From: Candidatus Nezhaarchaeales archaeon
GTDB lineage: Archaea > Thermoproteota > Methanomethylicia > Nezhaarchaeales > WYZ-LMO8
Reading direction: 5' to 3'
Length of the DNA stretch: 64,000 bases
NCBI GenBank assembly: GCA_038887515.1
Contig: JAWAKK010000001.1
Coordinates: forward strand, 96,001 to 160,000
The notes under the pieces: generated by a model
Databases searched by the model: none
What the model saw: only the letters and a program-made list of their open reading frames with translations
Told to the model about the DNA's origin: nothing
Made by a program: the position numbers and the translations under genes
Shown: positions 58,106 to 64,000 of the stretch, piece after piece
Position numbering within the stretch: position 1 is the stretch's first letter
Layout of the letters: each line of letters opens with the position of its first letter

Positions 58106-59440
58106 TTGGCTGGGATAGTTGGGATATATGCCTTCGATAGGCTCTGGAAGATGTCTAGGTTTGCGTACTACAGTCTTCTCTCTCTCCAACATAGGGGTCA
58201 AGAGACCGCTGGAATTGTAACATGCCACGAAGAGGGCCTCTTAGAGTATAGAGGGAGGAGCACCGTAGACAGGGTTTTCTCGGAAGAGAAACTTACAGCC
58301 ATGAAAGGTTGGATTTCGATAGGTTGCGTAGACGCAGAAACTAGAAAGGTAGGATCTATACAGCCTGTCATAGTCGATAAACCTGTAAAGATGGCTTTTT
58401 GCATGGATGGTAAAGCGCTTAATTGGTATGAGCTCGTAGCCAGAGAGGGATTAAGTACGGAAAGCGATGTAGATGCGGTAGCGATGCTCTTATCGAAGTA
58501 TGTGGACAGGTACGGTCTTCTCGATGGAGTTATTAGGCTTTTAGAGATGCTTAAAGGAGGATATTGTTTCATAGCATTAACCGATAAGGGCGAGATGATA
58601 GCTGCTAGGAGTCCGAGCGGGCTAAAACCCTTGGTTATAGGTAGCTTCGGCTTTGATTATGGGGTAGTTGCATCAGAAAGTTGTGCAATAGATGTGATAG
58701 GTGCGGACTATAAGGCTGACGTGTTTCCAGGAGAGGTCTACCTTTTCACGCCTTACAGTATTGAGAAGGCTAGGGCTAAGAAGGGCGAGGTCTCATATTG
58801 CTCATTTGAGTACGTATACTTAGCTAGACCAGATTCATACATAAATGATGTAAGCGTCTATGAGACTAGAATGAAGATAGGAGAAGTTCTGGCTGAAGAG
58901 CATCCAGTTGATGGTGATGTGGTCATAGGAGTTCCGGAGACGGCAATACCTTTTGCGATGGCTTACTCGAATAAGACTAAAATACCAATAGCCATGGGCT
59001 TCGTGAGGACTGGACCCCACATCAGAAGCGCTATAAAGCCAACACAATTTGAGAGGCTCGTCGGAGTACAGCTCAAGCTGAACCCTATAAGGACAGCCAT
59101 GAAGGGTAAGAGAGTAGTACTAATTGATGATAGTGTTGTAAGGGGTAACACAACTAAGAACACCGTCTCTCTTATGAGGAATAAACTTGGAGTAAAGGAG
59201 GTTCATGTAAGGATTGGAAGCCCAAAGATACTGTCCCACTGTCCATTCGGCGTTGAGGTTCCGCCAGAGGACGAGTTAATAGCTCGCCACTTAACTGACG
59301 AGGAGGTTGCAGCCGTCGTAGGGGCTGACTCCTTCCATTGGCTTTCATTAGATGGTTTGGTCAAAGCTATAGGACTTCCTAAAGGCGTATTATGTTTGGG
59401 TTGCTTTACGGGTAAGTATCCTCCTTGCTCGTACGTCTAA
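58106..59440 (+). CDS. purF: Second PurF-like protein lacking the N-terminal nucleophile Cys
   Basis: Starts MAGIVG; LQHRGQE; LIDDSVVRGNT; HVRYST replaced by CVDAET. Confidence 0.8.
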   Translation: MAGIVGIYAFDRLWKMSRFAYYSLLSLQHRGQETAGIVTCHEEGLLEYRGRSTVDRVFSEEKLTAMKGWISIGCVDAETRKVGSIQPVIVDKPVKMAFCMDGKALNWYELVAREGLSTESDVDAVAMLLSKYVDRYGLLDGVIRLLEMLKGGYCFIALTDKGEMIAARSPSGLKPLVIGSFGFDYGVVASESCAIDVIGADYKADVFPGEVYLFTPYSIEKARAKKGEVSYCSFEYVYLARPDSYINDVSVYETRMKIGEVLAEEHPVDGDVVIGVPETAIPFAMAYSNKTKIPIAMGFVRTGPHIRSAIKPTQFERLVGVQLKLNPIRTAMKGKRVVLIDDSVVRGNTTKNTVSLMRNKLGVKEVHVRIGSPKILSHCPFGVEVPPEDELIARHLTDEEVAAVVGADSFHWLSLDGLVKAIGLPKGVLCLGCFTGKYPPCSYV

Positions 59441-59455
59441 CTTAGGTGAGACGGA

Positions 59456-60937
59456 ATGGTTAAGGTTCTACTCATAGGTGACGCTTCACGGGAACACGCG
59501 ATAGCAGATGCGTTCGCTAGGAGCAACAATGAGCCAAAAATCTACGCCATAATGTCTAGAAGAAATCCGGGTATAGCCAGGCTTTGTAAGCAAAGTGGGG
59601 GAGATATAGCTATCGGAAACATCGACGACCCTGAATTCGTGGTGGGGGTAGCCAAGAACTTCCATGTAGATTTCACATTCGTAGGTCCTGAAGAACCGCT
59701 GTTTCACGGAGTATCTGATGCATTAGAGGAGGCTGGAATACCGTGTGTTGGAGCTAAAAAGTGCATGGCATTAGTGGAGATGTCTAAGGCCTTCATGAGG
59801 AGGCTCATGTGGAAGTACAAAATTCCAGGAAGGTTAAGGTTTAAGGCCTTCAAGTCGCTTGAAGACGCAGTAGCCTACGTGAACGAGTACGCTGAAAGTG
59901 TAGCAATAAAGCCTGCTAGACAGGCTGGGGGTAAGGGGGTAAAGGTCATAGCAGATCTTCAAGTCTACTTGAGCAAGGAGAAGCGAGAAGTCAAGGCCGA
60001 GCACGTCAAGACAGTTTATGAGAAACACATGTCGGTATACGACGACATAGATGATAAGGTCCTCATAGAAGAGAGGGTCGAAGGTCCTGAGTACACACTT
60101 CAAACGTTTACTGATGGGAGGACGGTGCTACCCTTACCAGCAGTTCAAGACAACAAAAATGCCTACGAAATGGATATAGGACCCGAGACAGGAGGCATGG
60201 GCTCTATAGCTGGGCCTGGGCGGCTATTACCTTTCCTCACCGAAGAGGAGTATAAACAGTCTGTCGAAATAGTACAAGCAGTAGTCAACGCTCTATGGAA
60301 GGAGACTGGTATAAGATATAAAGGAGTGGTATCGGGTCAGATGATGCTCACAGCTCTATGGGGACCAACAATCATAGAGTTTTATAGTCGCTTCGGAGAC
60401 CCTGAAGCATGTAACGTACTGCCGTACATGGAGACCGATATAGTCGAAATCTCGGAAGCAATTATAGATGAGAGGTTAAACACGATTAAGATGAGCTTTC
60501 CAGATGTAGCGACCGTGGTAAAAGCTGTTGCGCCGAAGGGCTACCCAGATCATCGAGACCTAGCAAAGGGACACCCGGTCTTTATAGATGAAGAGGCTAT
60601 TAGAAGGAAGGGGTGCAAAGTCTACTACGGATCTCTAGATGAGAGACCTGATGGAACTATTGTAACTGCAGGATCGAGAATAGCGGAGATAGTTGCTGCT
60701 GCGCCAACAATACCCGAAGCAGGTGAAATAGCTGAAAGTTGCGTGCAGTATGTAAAGCTTTTAGATGGTTGGGGGGTGTTTCACAGGAGTGACATAGGCT
60801 CTGAAGTGCTTCTAAAGAAGAGGATCGAGCAGGCCCAACTCATAAGGGAGATATACCACTATAGATTAGGCAAGGGTCTCATAGGTAGAGCTATAGACTG
60901 GATACCGGGAAAAGGCAAGATAGAATACGAGTTCTAA
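59456..60937 (+). CDS. purD: Phosphoribosylamine--glycine ligase
   Basis: REHA, GPEEPL, GGKGV, GPETGGMGS and RFGDPE motifs. Confidence 0.95.
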   Translation: MVKVLLIGDASREHAIADAFARSNNEPKIYAIMSRRNPGIARLCKQSGGDIAIGNIDDPEFVVGVAKNFHVDFTFVGPEEPLFHGVSDALEEAGIPCVGAKKCMALVEMSKAFMRRLMWKYKIPGRLRFKAFKSLEDAVAYVNEYAESVAIKPARQAGGKGVKVIADLQVYLSKEKREVKAEHVKTVYEKHMSVYDDIDDKVLIEERVEGPEYTLQTFTDGRTVLPLPAVQDNKNAYEMDIGPETGGMGSIAGPGRLLPFLTEEEYKQSVEIVQAVVNALWKETGIRYKGVVSGQMMLTALWGPTIIEFYSRFGDPEACNVLPYMETDIVEISEAIIDERLNTIKMSFPDVATVVKAVAPKGYPDHRDLAKGHPVFIDEEAIRRKGCKVYYGSLDERPDGTIVTAGSRIAEIVAAAPTIPEAGEIAESCVQYVKLLDGWGVFHRSDIGSEVLLKKRIEQAQLIREIYHYRLGKGLIGRAIDWIPGKGKIEYEF

Positions 60938-60990
60938 TGGTCGTTCTTTTTTAATTAATATTCTTAAACTTGTACCAATGCTAGAAATCT

Positions 60991-62397
60991 ATGGTGGTGA
61001 AGCTTCTGCGATTTAGAGAAGAAATAGGAACACCTCTACTTGAAGGGGCAACTAAGATACTGCTCCTAGGTGCTGGAGAGCTAGGTAAGGAGATAGCTAT
61101 AGAGGCCCAGAGACTTGGGGTAGAAGTTGTGACCGTAGATAGATACGACATGCCTCCGGCTAGCCACGTAGCTCATAGGCACTACACGATCAATATGCTT
61201 GACGGCAAGGCGCTGAAGGCAGTGGTAAGGAGAGAGAGACCTGATGCAGTTGTGCCCGAGATAGAAGCGATTAACACTGATGCTCTCCTAGAGCTAGAGG
61301 AAGAAGGCTTCTTCATAGTTCCAAACGCTCGGGCAGTCAAAATAACTATGGATAGAATTCTGTTAAGAAGGCTGGCCGCCGAAGAAGCCGGCGTTCCAAC
61401 ATCTAGATATATGTTCGCTGAAAGCTTAGAGGAAGTAAGAGAATGTTGCGAGAAGATAGGCTATCCTTGTCTAGTGAAAGCTCAGATGAGTAGTGGAGGT
61501 TTAGGCTCAACGGTTGTCGTGGACAGGAGTATGGTTAAACTAGCCTACGAAAGAGCTACGAGAGAGGCCAGAGGTTTTAGTAAGCAAGTAATAGTGGAGG
61601 AACTTGTAAACTTCGATGTCGAGGTTACAGTCTTAACGTTAGCCCACATGGGGCTTGACGGCAACGTTATAGTAACACCTCTAGAACCAATAGGGCACGT
61701 TCGGTCTACTGGTCACTATCACGTAAGCTGGCAACCCCTCTTCGACATAGACCCTGATACTAACCTCTCTAAATCACCTTTTGAGGGTTACGGAGGACCA
61801 ATGCACTTAATGGAGGATCCGCCGGTAAACGGACTTAGGTGGAGGTCTAAGTGGAACGGCAAAAAGGTAGAAGGAGAGAGAGCTAGAGTAATCAACGAGA
61901 TGTTATTTGACACCGCCAAGAAAGTGGTAACTAAACTTCTAGAAAGTAAGGAGGGGTTGAAGGGGTTTGGAGTCTTCGGCTGTGAAATTTTCGTTAAGCT
62001 CGGTGATGATGGGGAGAAGCCTCAGGTGTTCTTTAACGAGGTCTCGCCTAGACCACACGATACCGGTATGGTAACGCTTGTTACGCAAGATCAATCCGAG
62101 ATGGCCTTGCACGTAAGGGCAATCCTCGGTCTCCCGATACCGGAGGTCAAGGTATTGACCTTCGGTGCAAGCCACGTCATACTAGCCAAGGTTGGAAACT
62201 CATGGGCCCCGAGATATGGAGGAGTAAGTGAAGCCTTGAAGGTACCTGGAGTTCAATTAAGGCTCTTTGGTAAGCCGGTAACTTACGTTGATAGGAGAAT
62301 GGGTATAGCTCTCGCCATAGCAAACTCTATAAATGAAGCAAGGTCTAAAGCTATGAGGGCAGCACACATAGTTGAAGGGGCTATCATGTATGGTTAG
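60991..62397 (+). CDS. purT: Formate-dependent GAR transformylase
   Basis: LGAGELGKE, PEIEAI, MSSGG, EVSPRPHDTG and RLFGKP...RRMG motifs. Confidence 0.93.
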   Translation: MVVKLLRFREEIGTPLLEGATKILLLGAGELGKEIAIEAQRLGVEVVTVDRYDMPPASHVAHRHYTINMLDGKALKAVVRRERPDAVVPEIEAINTDALLELEEEGFFIVPNARAVKITMDRILLRRLAAEEAGVPTSRYMFAESLEEVRECCEKIGYPCLVKAQMSSGGLGSTVVVDRSMVKLAYERATREARGFSKQVIVEELVNFDVEVTVLTLAHMGLDGNVIVTPLEPIGHVRSTGHYHVSWQPLFDIDPDTNLSKSPFEGYGGPMHLMEDPPVNGLRWRSKWNGKKVEGERARVINEMLFDTAKKVVTKLLESKEGLKGFGVFGCEIFVKLGDDGEKPQVFFNEVSPRPHDTGMVTLVTQDQSEMALHVRAILGLPIPEVKVLTFGASHVILAKVGNSWAPRYGGVSEALKVPGVQLRLFGKPVTYVDRRMGIALAIANSINEARSKAMRAAHIVEGAIMYG

Positions 62398-62848
62398 GCC
62401 GCTTGTAGCAGTAATTGCAGGAAGCAGATCTGACGAAAAGATAGTTGAAGAGGTTGTCTCCACCTTGAATGAGCTTGGCGTCGAATACGAGGTTCAATAT
62501 CTCTCAGCACACAGGAATCATCCTCAACTTGAAGAATATGTCAAGAAGAGCGAGGCAAAGGTCTTTATAGCAATAGCTGGAATGGCAGCTCACCTCCCCG
62601 GTGTCGTAGCCTCAATAACTAACAAGCCCGTGGTAGGAGTTCCAGTAAGCGGTAAGCTCTTAGGCTTAGACTCGCTTCTATCAATGGTTCAAATGCCTAG
62701 AGGCTTCCCTGTAGCCACCGTTGGCATAGACATGGGGTCTAATGCGGCTGTGCTTGCAGCTGAAATATTAGCATTAAGCGACGAGGAGCTGTCTCAACGA
62801 TTGAAGAAGTGGAAAAAAGAAAAGTTCGGCTGGATTGAGCCCCAATAA
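62372..62848 (+). CDS. purE: AIR carboxylase/N5-CAIR mutase (start probably ATG 62390)
   Basis: GSRSD, SAHR, AGMAAHLPG and SMVQMPRG.PVA motifs. Confidence 0.95.
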   Translation: MKGLSCMVRPLVAVIAGSRSDEKIVEEVVSTLNELGVEYEVQYLSAHRNHPQLEEYVKKSEAKVFIAIAGMAAHLPGVVASITNKPVVGVPVSGKLLGLDSLLSMVQMPRGFPVATVGIDMGSNAAVLAAEILALSDEELSQRLKKWKKEKFGWIEPQ

Positions 62849-63051
62849 GGAGAACCTACGCGTACTGCTCTCAACGTTTAGGATAAAGCTTGTCAGTCGA
62901 ACGGTAAGAGAACTTGACATCGACTTTACAGTGAAGAACGTCTACCATGCTTAATGAAAGTAGATACGCTTGCGTATTAGGGACTCCATTAAGGCTTCAC
63001 AAAAACCATAAAGCTTTGCTAAAACCTGAGCTACGTAGAAGGGGTAGAACT

Positions 63052-64000
63052 ATGTCATGGAGTTATAGTAAGGCTGGCGTCGACTTGGATAGAGTAAAGA
63101 GGGCACATAAGTCAATAAAAGAGATTATAGAAGTAACGTACAATTTTAGACGGGGGCTTTTTGGAAGGGTTATAAGTGGAGCAGGCCACTATGCAGCATT
63201 GATAGACATAGGTGGAGGCAAGGTACTAGCTCTTCATGCTGACGGTGTTGGTACTAAAGTATTGATAGCTCAGTTAATGAACAGGTACGACACTATTGGT
63301 ATAGACTGCGTAGCTATGAATGTAAACGACTTAGTATGCGTTGGGGCGGAGCCAGTAGCCATGGTAGATTATATTGCAATGGAGAGAAGCGATGAAGACA
63401 TGGTGGCTGAAATAATGAGGGGGTTAGTGAGAGGAGCGGAGATGGCTGGTATAGCAATTGTGGGCGGCGAAACTGCGGTAATGCCAGGTGTCATAAAAGG
63501 TGTCGTCGAAGGGAAGGGCTTCGACTTGGCTGGTTTAAGCGTAGGAGTCGTTGACGTGGACAAAATAATTATGGGGGATAAGGTCCAGCTTGGGGACGTA
63601 GTAGTAGGGGTTAGAAGTTCAGGGATACACAGTAACGGCTTGACTCTGGCTAGGAAGGTCTTACTTGAATACGCCGGCTTTACGGTTCACAGCTATGTAG
63701 ATGAACTGCATTGCACCATAGGCGAAGAACTTCTAAAGCCTACGCTCATTTACGTAAAGCCGGTACTCGAAATGTTACAAAAAGGTGTAGAGATCCACGG
63801 AATAGCGCATATAACCGGGGGCTCCTTTACTAAACTCCTAAGAATAGCTCCAAAGGGACTTGGATTTAGGCTCGATAACATGCCTCAACCTCAAGCAGTA
63901 TTTAACTTAATACAGAGACTCGGTAAGATATCTAGTTGGGAGATGTATAGGACTTTCAATATGGGCGTCGGCTTTTGCGTTGTGGTTCCTAGAGATGTGG
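63052..64000 (+). CDS. purM: AIR synthetase (runs off the window end)
   Basis: Manual translation MSWSYSKAGVDL...DGVGTK...GIDCVAMNVNDL...GGETA.MP...SSGIHSNG...HITGG...TFNMG. Confidence 0.95.
   Translation, partial: MSWSYSKAGVDLDRVKRAHKSIKEIIEVTYNFRRGLFGRVISGAGHYAALIDIGGGKVLALHADGVGTKVLIAQLMNRYDTIGIDCVAMNVNDLVCVGAEPVAMVDYIAMERSDEDMVAEIMRGLVRGAEMAGIAIVGGETAVMPGVIKGVVEGKGFDLAGLSVGVVDVDKIIMGDKVQLGDVVVGVRSSGIHSNGLTLARKVLLEYAGFTVHSYVDELHCTIGEELLKPTLIYVKPVLEMLQKGVEIHGIAHITGGSFTKLLRIAPKGLGFRLDNMPQPQAVFNLIQRLGKISSWEMYRTFNMGVGFCVVVPRDV

Noticed and set aside
62835-62954. 39-codon frame after purE (SPNKENLRVLL...), considered as purS or a remnant
   Set aside because: No PurS motifs (DP.G, LANP); too short to support
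584-63563. Many 60-180-aa ORFs antisense to or frame-shifted within recognised genes (e.g. 1851-2252, 19054-19497, 20072-20614, 58198-58572)
   Set aside because: Shadow frames of well-supported genes; no motifs recognised
1-64000. CRISPR arrays, IS elements, integrases, rRNA and tRNA genes
   Set aside because: None detected by eye; nearly all sequence is accounted for by protein-coding genes

Overview
Gene-dense window from a TACK/Thermoproteota archaeon. The combination of Cdv/ESCRT, the LysW pathway, Mtr subunits and methanogenesis marker 14 suggests Nezhaarchaeales/Methanomethylicia-like ancestry (inference). Housekeeping content: a LysW-dependent Lys/Arg supercluster (argG-argH-argX-lysYZJK-lysM-lysW-lysX), carAB, thrBC, porGDAB, ilvBHCD, a purine cluster (purB, purC, two purF, purD, purT, purE, purM) and a four-gene ESCRT-III/cdvA/cdvB/cdvC operon. 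The standout is a rearranged methyl-H4MPT:CoM methyltransferase (Mtr) locus. It reads mtrB, an mtrA::F fusion, a free-standing MtrA-type stalk and mtrG, facing an inverted mtrH-marker14 block. mtrEDC is absent from the window (possible mtrC scar only) and mtrH appears to start at ATA. A divergent Mer-like gene lies about 4.5 kb away. Also found: lysW and rpoP genes missed by the ORF track, a candidate C/D-box sRNA, a Leu/Ile-rich uORF before ilvB, and a 33-nt near-identical tract shared by the two ESCRT-III paralogs. No CRISPR array, tRNA, rRNA or transposase was seen. All family assignments come from motif recognition by eye, not database searches.
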